This document shows positions 40,238 through 52,922 of a stretch of 64,000 nucleotides of DNA, piece after piece. A program made the translations under genes and the position numbers. The stretch comes from Octopus sinensis. Its lineage: Eukaryota. The stretch's first letter is position 1; every line of letters starts with the position of its first letter. The stretch spans positions 57,536,001-57,600,000 of the forward strand of contig NC_043004.1 of NCBI RefSeq assembly GCF_006345805.1. The letters run 5' to 3'. The notes under the pieces were generated by a model, which saw only the letters and a program-made list of their open reading frames with translations, was not told the DNA's origin and ran no database searches.

Positions 40238-41076
40238 TTATATATATATAATAATATATATATATATAATTATATATTAATATATATATATATATATAAT
40301 TAATATATATATATATAAATATATCTAATATATATATATATATATGTATATATATAAATATATATATAAATATAATATATATAAATATATATAATATAAT
40401 ATAAAATAAATATAAGAGAGTGGTCACTATATTGCTCACTCTAGCACCAGTTAATCCAAAAGGATTTTTAGGGTGGGAAGAGGCTGTTGACACAATCGTT
40501 TCATTCACAAATTGAATTCCGTGATACCAGTTGCGGATTCTAGCTCGCTCTGATACTGAGTGGAGTTGGTGCCTTCTGGTATCTCAAAATTCAATATATA
40601 ATCATTTATGATTATAGTATTCTACGCTGAAGAGAAAAGAGTTTCGTAAGATAGAATTATTTATTATTTAATATTTACTATTTAATTCTTATGCTTTCCT
40701 TAAAACTTGATTTCGAACGTACGTCCGTGGATAACTAAAAAAATGGTATGATAGATTGCAGTCAATTCATTCTTTCTTACCTGTGTGTGTCTGCCTTCCA
40801 AATGCTGTTTTTACTGAGATCTCCCTTTTTAGTAGAAGAAATAGCTATAACCCTTTGACTGCTATTTCTAAATTCGGTACGTGGTAAGGCAACTCGTTGC
40901 TAAACCCTTATTGCTTAGTAGTACTTAAATTTTCCTCGAATGAGGCTTTTACATGCCGAAGACTACTTGGTGTAATTGATAATTTTCCAAATTAATTAAT
41001 TCACCCTTCATTATTACGGATAACCATATTTTATCTCAGTAGATGACCACAGCATCTTGTTTTGGCTACACGCGGG

Positions 41077-41176
41077 NNNNNNNNNNNNNNNNNNNNNNNN
41101 NNNNNNNNNNNNNNNNNNNNNNNNNNNNNNNNNNNNNNNNNNNNNNNNNNNNNNNNNNNNNNNNNNNNNNNNNNNN
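41077..41176. other. Assembly gap (100 N)
   Basis: Run of exactly 100 n; true size unknown. Confidence 1.
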
Positions 41177-41190
41177 CCAATGCCATATTC

Positions 41191-41226
<36 letters not shown>

Positions 41227-41227
41227 G

Positions 41228-41259
<32 letters not shown>

Positions 41260-42169
41260 ACATACATATATATATATAAATATATTATATAAATATCCCA
41301 ATGTTGTACACAAAAATGTCGGTATCCACGACTGATATTAGCAAGAGATCAAAGCGTATACATTTGTGTGTATGTGTGTATGTGTGTATGCGTGTATGTG
41401 AGTGAGAGAGGAGGGAATTCAACAGAAAAATTACAGAAAATTAATAGAGCTTGGAGTGAAAAAACAAAAATCACATCCGTCGAAATGTTTTTCAATGTAT
41501 CTGAAACAATAACAGAGGTTGTACCGCAACTACTAAGAAATGCATTACAGAAAACACAGCACAAAATATTATCAGGCAAAAAAATTTTTTTAAAAATTGA
41601 TAACGTAATCTTTCATTATTTTTTAGTCTAATTTATATGATATGAAAAATAAAAACGTCTTGTTTACTTTTCGTTTTTTGTTCAGTATTTGTTTCTCTTC
41701 ATCAATTATATTCTTTAAATATCTTGACCTCAATATTATCATTAAGCTAACAATTACTTCATTATGGTGTTTATTATTATCAGTTTTTAATCTCAGATTA
41801 ACACTTCAGCATGTTTATTGCTGTCAGAAACATCATCGATTTTGTCAGTTGCTAGATAAAATGAGTAAACCTTATTTGTATTCTAAATACACATAGCTCT
41901 AAGATTTTTATTTAATTTTCAATGTAGTATTGGTCAAGTTATCCACAGTTATACATATTTGAATTTCCCATACATCTGTATAATTATAATTCACAATCGT
42001 CCTCAAACACTCATAGAAATGAAAAAAAGCTGAAGCCGTTAAAATAGCTGTTGTCAGCTAAACTTGGATTTTTTCCTTTAATGAAACTATTATTCATTAC
42101 AAACAATACCTTTTTTTTATTTATTTATTGAACACTAATTGTTTAAAAAGCTCTTACTAAATATTCAGA

Positions 42170-42213
42170 TATTTCAAACGCGTTAACACTTTACCACAAG
42201 GTGGTATATTATT

Positions 42214-42248
<35 letters not shown>

Positions 42249-42348
42249 GGTATTTCCAACGCGTTAACACTTTACCACCAGGTGAATAATAATAATAATG
42301 ATGAAGAGGATGATGATGACGATGATGATGATGATGAAGATGATAATA

Positions 42349-42384
<36 letters not shown>

Positions 42385-42480
42385 GAAGAAGAAGAAGAAG
42401 AAGAAGAAGAACATTGATGATAATAACGTCGCTGTTGATAATAATGGTTATTTCGTTATTATTATTATTATTACTATCAT
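42170..42480. repeat. Trinucleotide microsatellite cluster (AAT/GAT/AAG/TTA/CAT) with two embedded copies of a 34-bp unit
   Basis: Units 42170-42203 and 42251-42284 (32/34 identical), separated by (AAT)n. Confidence 0.85.
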
Positions 42481-43063
42481 CATCATCACCATCATCATCG
42501 TCTTCGTTTTTGTTGTTCCTAATTTCGAAATCATCCCTGCAGATTATTATTATTATTACTCTCGGTGTTGTAGTTTTCTTTGCTACGGTTGGTTATTCTG
42601 GTTTTAGAGAATTTGTTTAAATAAGCGGAAAACAAAAGAGATAATTGGAAACCATTCCAATTATGAGTTTTTAATCAATGAATCTTTTGCTTCCTCTTTG
42701 TTTTGTTACTGTATTTCAGAGATGTAAAAAGAAATTGAGTTGAACTGGAAGACGGGAAAGGTGGAATAAGAAATAAGAAATAACAAGTAATAAATACGAA
42801 AAATGGTATAAATATTAGGAGTAATAATATTATTGTTAGTTGTTTTATTAGCTGCAACATTTCAGATTTCTTCACTTCTAAGTTTTTTTTTACATCTCGG
42901 TTACTGCTTCTTCTTCTCCTTCTTCCTCCTCCTCCCCCTCATCTTCCTCCTCCTCGTCTCTTTTTTTCTCTTTCTTCTAACAGTAGGATCAGTAATGGTG
43001 AATATGTCGTTTTTTATAATGCTAGAAATTGCAGGCAAAACCTAATCAAAGAAAACACTCTTC

Positions 43064-43668
43064 GGATCTTTTCGGTTTGAACGGTAGTTTTTAACATAAT
43101 TTCTAGGTAACTAAGAAATGTTAAACTTCGTATTCTGGTAGAATGTGTTTATAAAACATCTTTTTCTCTTGGCTTTATTGAGAAAATTCTATCGTTTGAA
43201 AGATATTTATAAGATATTTTCTTCAATTTTGGCAATTTCAACCAATCAGTGAGGTGTATTTGAGGTGAAAACATTCTGTGCCGTATGAATATGTCCCTCG
43301 TTTAAGAAAGAGATTGGGTTTATTTACATTTCTGAAGAAAAAAGATACCCTTCCCGTGGTTGGTTAGCAAGCTACTAACCACACAGTCACTCCTGCGCCT
43401 GATATGTTGATATATATTTCTTATTCTTTCTTCCTCTACCCGTTCCTTAAACCCTACGTACTCATCACAAACTTCAACCTTCCGTTGATTGCCGTGACGC
43501 AAAGATTCGAAACTAGGTGGCCCACTGACCGGCCGTTTACACTAACCCTAACTAACCCTAACCCTAAAACAGATTGAAATGCAATAAATCGATACTAGGG
43601 TCATAATTATGGGAGAAAATTTCATATGACAACGCTGGAAAAAACTGCCGTTCAAACCGAAAAGATGC
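43064..43668. mobile_element. Non-autonomous DNA transposon (MITE), Merlin-like: 29-bp TIRs, 8-bp TSD
   Basis: TIR GGATCTTTTCGGTTTGAACGGTAGTTTTT (43064-43092) versus inverse at 43640-43668 (2 mismatches); TSD CACTCTTC at 43056-43063 and 43669-43676. A GG terminus plus 8-bp TSD fits Merlin; superfamily assignment is inference. Confidence 0.85.
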
Positions 43669-43968
43669 CACTCTTCTAGTACCTGAAAACGGATGCACTG
43701 GCCAATGTAAATTATGATAAAGACCACAAAGGAAACGCTGACAGCTTGACTGTGTTTGCTAATTGCTCATTGGATACTGTGACCTGGGTCAAACAAAGAT
43801 ATCTGCAATGTTACCGTGAATGAACTCGTCATATCAAGGTGAACTATCTTAATCACGAAAATATTGCACTTCAGAATATTAAAGCTGATACCCCAGCAAG
43901 TATAGCATTAATACAAACCGGTTAACAATCGAGTTCAGTTCAGTAAATCGGAGCATACTCGCTCTCTC

Positions 43969-44358
43969 TCTCTTTACTCTTTTACTTGTTTCAGTCATTT
44001 GACTGCGGCCATGCTGGAGCACCGCCTTTAGTCGACCAACTCGACCCCGGGACTTATTCTTTGTAAGCCCAGTACTTATTCTATCGGTCTCTTTTGTCGA
44101 ACTGCTAAGTAACGGGGACGTAAACACACCAGCATCGGTTGTCAAGCAATGCTAGGGGGACAAACACACATATATACATATATATACATATATACGACTA
44201 GCTTCTTTCAGTTTCCGTCTACCAAATCCACTCACAAGGCATTGGTCGGCCCGGGGCTATAGCAGAAGACACTTGCCCAAGATGCCACGCAGTGGGACTG
44301 AACCCGGAACCATGTGGTTGGTTAGCAAGCTACTAACCACACAGTCACTCCTGCGCCT
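43969..44358 (-). mobile_element. Full-length tRNA-derived SINE family B (CORE-like body, internal microsatellite, (AGTAAAAG)-type tail)
   Basis: Minus strand: ggcgcaggagtgactgtgtggttagtagcttgc...gggttcagtccc (B-box)...ttgggcaagtgtcttc...ggcggtgctccagcatggccgcagtcaaatgactgaaacaagtaaaaagagtaaag. Confidence 0.92.
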
Positions 44359-44632
44359 GATATGTTGATATATATTTCGTATCCTTTCTTCCTCTACCCG
44401 TTCCTTAAACCCTACGTACTCACCACAAACTTCAACCTTCCGCTGATTGCCGTGACGCAAAGATTCGAAACTAGGTGGCCCACACTGACCGGCCGTTTAC
44501 ACTGTAAACATGCCAGTTTAGCCCAATAATTTCAATGAAGCTTGTCCGAACAATTGATCAGATTCATCATTAAATTCAACCATTTATAAGACAATTAATA
44601 TCGTCTCAACTGTTGATAATAAGAGTTTTCGA

Positions 44633-44740
<108 letters not shown>

Positions 44741-44744
44741 TAAT

Positions 44745-44940
44745 CCAAACATGAACAAAGAGAAAAACAACAAATGCGAGGACGTGGAACAAGCATAGTG
44801 TTATTGGACGCTCAGGAAAGGAAACAAAGAAGGAGAATTTAACGTTTCGAGCGGAGCTCTGCGTCAGAAACATAGAAAAAAGAAAGGTCCAAGGAAGAGA
44901 AGACAGAGAAAGAAAATCGCCAACGATACACACGCGGTCA
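44745..44940 (-). mobile_element. Penelope-like terminal fragment with minimal hammerhead remnant
   Basis: Minus strand gtttCTGACGc-a-GAGC-tcc-GCTC-GAAA-CGTT-aaat; core position A9 is mutated; flanked by (TA)n and (TCTA)n. Confidence 0.55.
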
Positions 44941-44942
44941 CA

Positions 44943-44999
<57 letters not shown>

Positions 45000-45000
45000 G

Positions 45001-45049
<49 letters not shown>

Positions 45050-47094
45050 ATGTATATATATATATCTATATATATATATACGCATAATGTATACACAAAC
45101 ACACACACATACACGCAAACACTTACATATATAAATGAGAAATCGGTGGCGATCTGGCTATGCCCAGCACTTAGGCAGCTTGCCTCCCTTGTCAGTCAAT
45201 AAGATCGTGCTTATTGTGGCTATGAGCATTTATAGAACACAGTCCTATATAAAATCAACAACCAATTAAACATGGAGAAGAAAATATATATATATATATA
45301 TACATCTTTCGACACATACATATGCTTCAGGATTCGTATTGTAAATGCACCAATTGTGTACTGTAATTTCATTCAGATCAATTTCGGATGAAAGGAGTGC
45401 AGAGAACAAATACTTTGATTCACATAGCAACTCGTATCGTTGACTTTCTCAGAAATATAATCCAATTCCATAACACTTTCTTACGTATATTTATCATACA
45501 TTTATATCATCGTATATATTCATGTTCGAAATGTTACAATCTTTCGTTAATCTAAATATGTGCACCTATGTGAATCGTAAGGGAACGACGAAAAGCAGCA
45601 AATTCTGATAATGGTTTATAGAAAGTACATAATGCTTTATAATGAAGTCAAAGCTATTGTCTCGCGTGTAAAAGTAATAAATGGTTTCCTTACAGTTTTA
45701 TTTTTACTAGTTGACCGGATAAATACATTATATTAAGATTAACAATATTGTTAACGTAAGAAGATTTATGTTAATACTTGTCTGAGTAATTAATTGTCAT
45801 TAACTACACATTAGTTTAATAGTCGGAAAATTTAAATCCACTATATGGAATACAGGAATAAATACAGGAGAATACTCTTTGATACATACGCACAATGAAT
45901 TACAAATACTGAGGGAGCGACTTCTAAGACATGCGCAATCTTAACGAATAAGAATTAATAGATTATGAAGATAAAGTTGATAATTTATACAAATATGAAA
46001 ATTATGTGTAACAGGAGAAGCTACGTATTGTATAAGGTTATGTTGTATATTGATGATGTTTAGTTTGTGTTTTGTTTTGTTTTTTACTCTTGGGTCCTTT
46101 TTACATGTTATAATTTGTCAGTTTAGAATTTTAACACACCATCTCAAACATTTTAAAGTGTACCTTGAGTTAGAGATTTTAAAGTGTATTTTAAGCTAGA
46201 GACTTAAAGAATTATAACGTGATCATAGTCTCTTGACGCATTCAACGTAACTCATTTGCGATACAGTCTTGGCAGTTTTTGTTTCCTATGCAGTCTATAG
46301 CAGCTATGAAATGTTTTCTATAGACTGAAGGACGTAAGATTTAAAAAGAAATTTCTTCGTGGAGTATGTGTATACCTAAAAAAAAATAATAAATAAAAAC
46401 GTTTACATTTAAATAGAAGTGTTTACTGAAAATGAAAGTAGTGTAATATTTGAACGTGTAATCAAGTCGCTTATTTATATAGAAATGTATATATGTCAGA
46501 GATAATAAGTCATAAAGTACGCTTTAATACACTAAGATATTTTTAACATGATTTATTTGAAATTTAGCAGCATGCCAAAAGATAGGTGTTGCACAAGTAC
46601 AACAGATTTACTTATGCAAAGCACAATAGTGCAACTTTATTATATATTAGTGAGGCAAGAGAGAAACACCAGGTGGGTATGTACGTTAAATGTTAACAAT
46701 AGATTTCATTACTTAGAAGATGAATGCAGCTCGAAAAAGCAGAAAGCTGTAAACTATTAAACGGCAAATCTCATATAATCTACAACAAATAAACGTCGTC
46801 ACCTGAGAGGCTACACAGTATATTTCTCGTAACAATTATTTTTTATTTTCTAAAAACACCAACCCGAACTTTTGTCACTGCACTCGGAAGCATATGTGCA
46901 ACACAACACCTCTCTATCTTCATAGTTATCACAACAGTTAAGTGTTGAATAAAGAAAAGCCGTTTTAAATTTGCGCAATATTCTCGAATATTTAGTTTCT
47001 TTCGAGAAAGACGTGCACCTTGGTTACAGAATAAATAGATGCAATCCAAAGAACCCACTTCACCATACAGTCACAGACTATATTGCAATAACAT

Positions 47095-47277
47095 AGTCGC
47101 GGGCGTCTCTGTGTGGTAAGAATCTTGCTTCCCAATAAATGGTTCCGGGTTCAGTCTCAATGCATGACACCTTGAACAGGTGTTTTCTACTATAGCCTCA
47201 GGGCAACCAAAACCTTGTGAGTGGATTTAGTAGACAGAAACTGAAAGACGCCTGTTGTATGTACATATGTTTGTGGT

Positions 47278-47310
<33 letters not shown>

Positions 47311-47560
47311 GCGCGCGTGCGTGTATATGCGTGTGTGTGTGTTTTTGTGTCCGTGTGTGTATCGCAACGCCGCTTAACAACTGGAGCGATTGTTTTAACG
47401 TGGCCGAAAATTAGTAGTTCGGTAAAAGGGACGACAGTGTAAGTACCAGGCTTCAAAATATAAGAAATAGGGTCGATTCATTTCACTAAAAATAATCTAA
47501 GGTGGTGCTCCAGTACGGTCGCACTCTAATGACTGAAAGAAGTAAAAGATAAAAGATAAA
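47095..47560 (+). mobile_element. Full-length diverged SINE family B with expanded internal (GT)n
   Basis: Head ggttccgggttcagtc, body ccttgtgagtggatttagtagacagaaactgaaaga, tail ggtgctccagtacggtcgca...aatgactgaaagaagtaaaagataaaag. Confidence 0.85.
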
Positions 47561-47659
47561 AGCACCCGAAAGGAAAAAATAAAATCACATTATCACAATA
47601 AAGAGTGAAATATAACACAAAATATAGCTGAAACTCATAACCGTTTTTATAATAGGCTA

Positions 47660-47854
47660 AAATCACGAAATTTGAGGGAGGGATAGTTGATAACATCAAC
47701 CTCAGTATTTGACTGTTACTTAATTTATCGACACCTAAAGGAAGACAAGCAAAGTCAACCTCGGTGGAATTTGAACACGGATCGTAAAGACGGACGAAAT
47801 GACACAAAGAATTTTGTTCATCGTGCTAACGATTCTGCCAGCTCGCCGCCTTAT
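47660..47854 (-). mobile_element. SINE family A copy
   Basis: Reverse complement begins aaggcggcgagctggcagaatcgttagcacg and contains gttcaaattccaccgaggttgactttgc. Confidence 0.85.
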
Positions 47855-48696
47855 AGCTGAAACTAATAATGCGATGTATAAATTCTATTGCGAGTACAAA
47901 TGTCACAAACTGTATGAATCAAAGGCAACATTAAATCATCATTTACCCGCGCATTTACAATAACGAGGCATAGCAATATGGCAATACAGTACACGAATCA
48001 AAATCATAGAAAAACAATAAATGATAGCATTACAATTCTATATAGAATACCTCACAAAATGGTAAAGTATGCATTAACGGCTTGCTAATAGTAATATATA
48101 AGCCAAAATGAACACAGATAAAACATACAGCATTAATTTGGAAGGCCAGGAGAGTTAACCATTCAATAATTTTAAAATTTGCTTTTGAAATAAAAGATTC
48201 ACCGTACATGCATGGTTCTTTGCGATCCAACGCAAAGCACGCGAAAACACGCCATTTTACAATTATTTTATTCTGTGGATAGAGATAAAATTGCTTTCCA
48301 ATGTTAATGGATTTAGGAGTGCTAACGTTCGAGAACGAACATAAATGACAAGGACAAACATATGAAAATTCCTTCATAAATAACGACAAATTTCAACATC
48401 GCCGTGTCTTAAAGGCCATTCAACTGTATATGCAATATTGTGTTTAACAAAAGATGACGTAATACATTATGTAAAGATTTCTCTGCAAGGTCAAATCCAT
48501 ATATGAAAATAACCTATCAAAATGCTGATAAACACGAAGATAATAATAATCTTTAAAATTGAAAATCTTGTTTGAATTCAAACAAAAATCCTACCCAAAA
48601 ACATACACATATCCAAAAGCAGATTTCACCATCGTATTTACAAAGATACATTGGCAGGCAATAGGGAAATCTATCTATCTACATACATACATACAT

Positions 48697-48774
<78 letters not shown>

Positions 48775-49018
48775 GAATGTGAGTATGTATACATATTAAA
48801 CACATACGCACTCTTGATGAATATATATATATATATATATGTACGTGTGTGTGTCTGTCTATGTGTATAACTGGGGGGGTGTATTGAAACGAATAATCCA
48901 GAATGCATTTTGATATAAACTGTGTTAGAATGTATATGTATATACATACATACATACATGTATGTATATATATATATATATTATATATATGTGTGTGTGG
49001 GTGTATGTATATATATAT

Positions 49019-49058
<40 letters not shown>

Positions 49059-49240
49059 TATATATAATAATAAATATTAGGGAATAAATCCAAATTTACA
49101 GGGAAAAAAATCAGATTTAGGATTAAATCGATTTTATAGTAAAATATTATAAAATATTATTAGAGAAAACCACTATTTTGCAAAACAAACAAGGAAAGAC
49201 TTAATCAATAATAAAATTTTAATAAATAGTCAAAAAAACG

Positions 49241-49282
49241 CCACTACAATCGTTTCTTGTCTTGATCGAAATCTTCAGGTGG
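49241..49282 (-). ncRNA. Type I hammerhead ribozyme motif (element 4, left arm)
   Basis: CCAC-CTGAAGA-TTTC-gatcaa-GAcAA-GAAA-C-GATT-G-TA-GTGG; stem I intact, stem II lacks one G. Confidence 0.7.
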
Positions 49283-49328
49283 ACTTCCAATAATTCAGTG
49301 TCAAATTATGACACTGAATTATTGGAAG

Positions 49329-49371
49329 TCCACTGAAGATTGTCGATCAAGACAAGAAACGATTGTAGTGG
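49329..49371 (+). ncRNA. Type I hammerhead ribozyme motif (element 4, right arm)
   Basis: CTGAAGA 49333-49339, perfect stem II TTGTC/GACAA, GAAA 49356-49359, C-GATT-G-TA to 49367, GTGG; one C missing at the stem I/core junction. Confidence 0.7.
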
Positions 49372-49465
49372 CGCGTTTTTTTGACTATTTATTAAAATTT
49401 TATGTATTGATTAAGTCTTTCCTTGTTTGTTTTGCAAAATAGTGGTTTTGTCTCTAATAATATTT

Positions 49466-49513
<48 letters not shown>

Positions 49514-50171
49514 GATAAATTTTTTCAAAGAATTTCAAAGAATACCTTTTAAGGTGAAAATTATAAACAATTATAAATGAGGGCGACAGAAAAATGTCTA
49601 TGCCAATATGCCGATAAATAGACGTTGAATCATCAAACACCATATACAATATACATCACTATAAATACACAACATGTTTAGAGGAAGGAAGCACACCTGT
49701 AAAGGTATTTTAATATGCTGGCCTCTTGACATTTTTTGAAAAATTTTATCCTATATTAGAAGTAAATTATTACCATTAACTTCGGGTCTGATGACCACTC
49801 TAAGTTGTGGTTCCTGGCCGATTACACGTGCGTTGAGGCTTGCTACGGAATTTATATTTAGCTATATTTGGCGCGCTTATGTGTACACATGACTTTGATT
49901 CTGCTATTTTCCATGGGTACTTGTAAGTATATTGTTTATTTCTTATCGCATTCTGTGCTGAAGACCGAAATATCCGTTGGATTAATCCCGAAATCTATCG
50001 ATACAGAAATAATGCATTAAAAAAAAAAATTCAGTTAGCTTGCTTCCCTCGATTCAACACGATGTGTATTTACAGTGATGTATAATGCCTGTGCTGTTGG
50101 ACGATTTAAAGTCTATTTATCAGCATTATCAGCATATTGGCATAGAAAGTTTTCTTTTCCCCTTATAGATA

Positions 50172-50273
50172 AACAGCAAGAAATGTATTAGGACATGAAA
50201 TGTAAAAGCCGGACTAAATTGTTTTATGCGCAACTCCATTGTCTCCCGAGACAAAAACGATGCCAACAACAAC
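50172..50273 (+). mobile_element. Extremely 5'-truncated copy (~100 bp) of the 33830 RTE family
   Basis: aaaagccggacta...tttatgcgcaactccat...ctcccgagacaaaaa.gatgccaacaa matches the reverse complement of 33830-33925. Confidence 0.88.
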
Positions 50274-50285
50274 ATATGCATATAT

Positions 50286-50344
<59 letters not shown>

Positions 50345-51004
50345 AGTGCATACATATGTGCAGGTGTTGTGCCTATATACAAAAGCATTCCATATATTAG
50401 AAATTAACATTGCGTTTCAGAAAGTTTTGCCATATCAAATTCCGTAGGGGAAAAATTCACCATTGACTTCGAAGCTCACTAATCCCATATAACGTAGAAG
50501 TCAATAGCAAATTCACGTTAAGTCTGGCATGATAGATCTTCTAACACAAAATATTTTAAATCTATAAAACATTTTTCATATCCAATATTTCAATCGAACT
50601 TGATTGCTAACACTCAAAATAATTTCTCCACAGAGAAGCGGAAGATTTTTGTTGGTTTTAGCAATTGTACATCTGAGGGACTATATACGAATTTTTGGAT
50701 CTATGCAACACAATAGTAAATTGGGGATTCACAATAGTATTTTTTGAAACCCAGAAAAAATTTTGCGTTCGAAGTAACTATTAGTATGTATTACAAGAAA
50801 CAGCTCGGGTAAGCATACACAATCTAATGTGTTAAAAACAAAATAGGAATATTGACAGAAGTATCTATAAAACTGGTTTATATATCGAATGGTTATGGAG
50901 GTCCGCCGAAGGGGTCCATTGATAAAAAATGGTTGAGACAAGCTGATATAATATAACATAATATTTATACTGATACATCAATGTATATTTGTGTGTTTGT
51001 GTGT

Positions 51005-51208
51005 CTGTGTTTGTCCCCCTAGCATTGCTTGACAACCGATGCTGGTGTGTTTATGTTCCCGTTACTTAGCGGTTCGGCAAAAGGGACCGATAGAATAAGT
51101 ACTGGGCTTACAAAACAATAAGTCTCGGGGTCGAGTTGCTCGATTAAAGGCGGTGCTCCAGCATGGCCGCAGTCAAATGACTGAAACAAGTAAAAGAGTA
51201 AAAGAGTA
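51005..51208 (+). mobile_element. SINE family B, 3' half only
   Basis: Near-identical to the reverse complement of 43969-44165; starts at the internal microsatellite. Confidence 0.9.
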
Positions 51209-51241
<33 letters not shown>

Positions 51242-51719
51242 ATATATATATACATACACACACACACACAAATAAACAGATATATAGATGGGCATATACA
51301 CACAGAAACACACACATATATAAATGTGTTTGTGCATGGAAATGAATGTGGACGGGTATGAATGAATATATATTTATGTGTGTGCATGTGTGTGGTTAAA
51401 TATGAATACACACACAGGCACACACACGTGCACATACATATTTATATATATATATATATATACATACATGTGTATATAGATATATATGTATACATGTATA
51501 TATATATAGTATGTATGTATGCATGCAAGCATGTATGTATGCATGTAAATATGCATGTATGTATGCAGTTGTGTATGTATGCATGTATGTATCTGTGTGT
51601 GTATATATATGTGTGTGTAAGTTTTCTATGTACCCCACATAAATAGGTCTTTTGATTATTTATATTCAATTTTCTGTAATGTAATGATTCCTCTAGGTTG
51701 TAATTGTTATTTTAGTTTA

Positions 51720-51727
51720 ATATTATT

Positions 51728-51783
<56 letters not shown>

Positions 51784-51812
51784 TAATAATAATAATCATA
51801 ATAATAATAATA
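51720..51812. repeat. (AAT)n microsatellite
   Basis: Direct inspection. Confidence 0.95.
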
Positions 51813-51814
51813 CC

Positions 51815-52012
51815 AAATTTTGTCACAAAGAGACAATTTTGTGGTAGGGGGTAAGATGATCACATGGAACTCAGTACTTATCCACCCTTAACATACTTAT
51901 CCAATACAAAACAAAGTCGACCTCGGCGGAAATTGAACTCGGAAGGTAAATATGCATGAGATAACTCTAGCATCTTGTTAGGCCTGTTAACGATTCTGGC
52001 GGCTCACCGTTT
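51815..52012 (-). mobile_element. SINE family A copy, degenerate
   Basis: caaagtcgacctcggcggaaattgaactc core on plus strand. Confidence 0.75.
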
Positions 52013-52069
52013 TAATAACACCAGCCGCAGCAGCAACAACAACGACGATGACTTTTGGCATAGAACACA

Positions 52070-52310
52070 CAAATAAATGCGCCCTTTTAAGGCCTAGCCA
52101 GGCTCATGGGCTCGGTTTCCCGGTTTCTATGGCGTGTGTGTTCCCCAGCTGGACGGAACGCCATTCCATCGCAGCGTTACTCATTTTTGCCAGCTGAGTG
52201 GAAATGAAGTGTTTTTCTCAAGAACACAACGCGTCGCCCGGTCCAGGTATCGAAACCAGATTCTTACGATCTTGGTGCTGACACCCTAACCACTAAGTCA
52301 CGCGCCTCAA
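52070..52310 (-). mobile_element. tRNA-derived SINE family D (V-domain-like core) with perfect 11-bp TSD
   Basis: TSD catagaacaca at 52059-52069 and 52311-52321. Minus strand: gaggcgcgtgacttagtggttagg (A-box), ggtttcgatacc (B-box), ctgcgatggaatggcgttccgtccagctgggg (V-SINE-like domain). Confidence 0.88.
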
Positions 52311-52664
52311 CATAGAACACATAGATTATCATAATTACCTAAATGGTTCTTATGTAAAGCGTGAATTAATAGAAACTTAAAATCGATGAATTAGCTTAAA
52401 TATAATCATTAGAATCAATAAAGTTAACTAAACATTAAATGGTATATAGAGTCACGTTGTAGGAAATACTAATGGCATCTGAACTGATATTTTCTGGAAA
52501 GTAATTCGGTATTTTAATTATTTTAATTTGCATATCATTAACGCTTTTAGTGATTTCTTTTGAATTCTACGCTATATTACCAGGTTCGATGCCATTTCGC
52601 AGAATGATACGCATTGAAGCATACATACGTATATTCAGAGAAAGAAGGGTACGAGATAGATATA

Positions 52665-52882
52665 TTTCTTTACTGCCCAGAAGGGGCTAAACATAGAGGG
52701 GACAAACAAGGACAGACGAAGGGATTGAGTCGATTATATCGACCTCAGTGCGAAACTGGTACTTTATTTATCGACCCCGAAAGGATGAAAGGCAAAGTTG
52801 ACCTCGGCGGAATTTGAACTCAGAACATAACGACAGACGAAAATACCGCTAAGCATTTCGCCCAGCGCGCTAACGTGTCTGC

Positions 52883-52885
<3 letters not shown>
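52665..52885 (-). mobile_element. SINE family A copy with tgtcccc...gtaaagaaa tail
   Basis: cgaccccgaaaggatgaaaggcaaagttgacctcggcggaatttgaactcagaac core. Confidence 0.92.
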
Positions 52886-52921
<36 letters not shown>

Positions 52922-52922
52922 G

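Larger units (their letters stand above)
49066..49469. mobile_element. Fold-back element 4: inverted arms 49148-49303 / 49309-49469, 5-nt loop, flanked by (TA)n; Penelope-terminus-like
   Basis: 156/161-bp arms differ only by five 1-2-nt indels, with no substitutions seen. Each arm holds a hammerhead core. Confidence 0.9.

Noticed and set aside
41031-41292. ORFs spanning the N run
   Set aside because: Artefacts of the 100-N assembly gap and adjacent (TA)n.
42170-42284. CRISPR-like repeat-spacer unit
   Set aside because: Only two repeats, the spacer is an (AAT)n microsatellite, the context is eukaryotic and there are no cas genes.
43543-43567. Chromosome end / true telomere
   Set aside because: Only about three imperfect units, internal to a TIR-bounded element.
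49951-50008. Additional hammerhead (CTGAAGA at 49958, GAAA-TC-TATC-GA-TA at 49990-50003)
   Set aside because: Stem II does not close at its base and stem I is out of register; may be an old remnant but cannot be supported.
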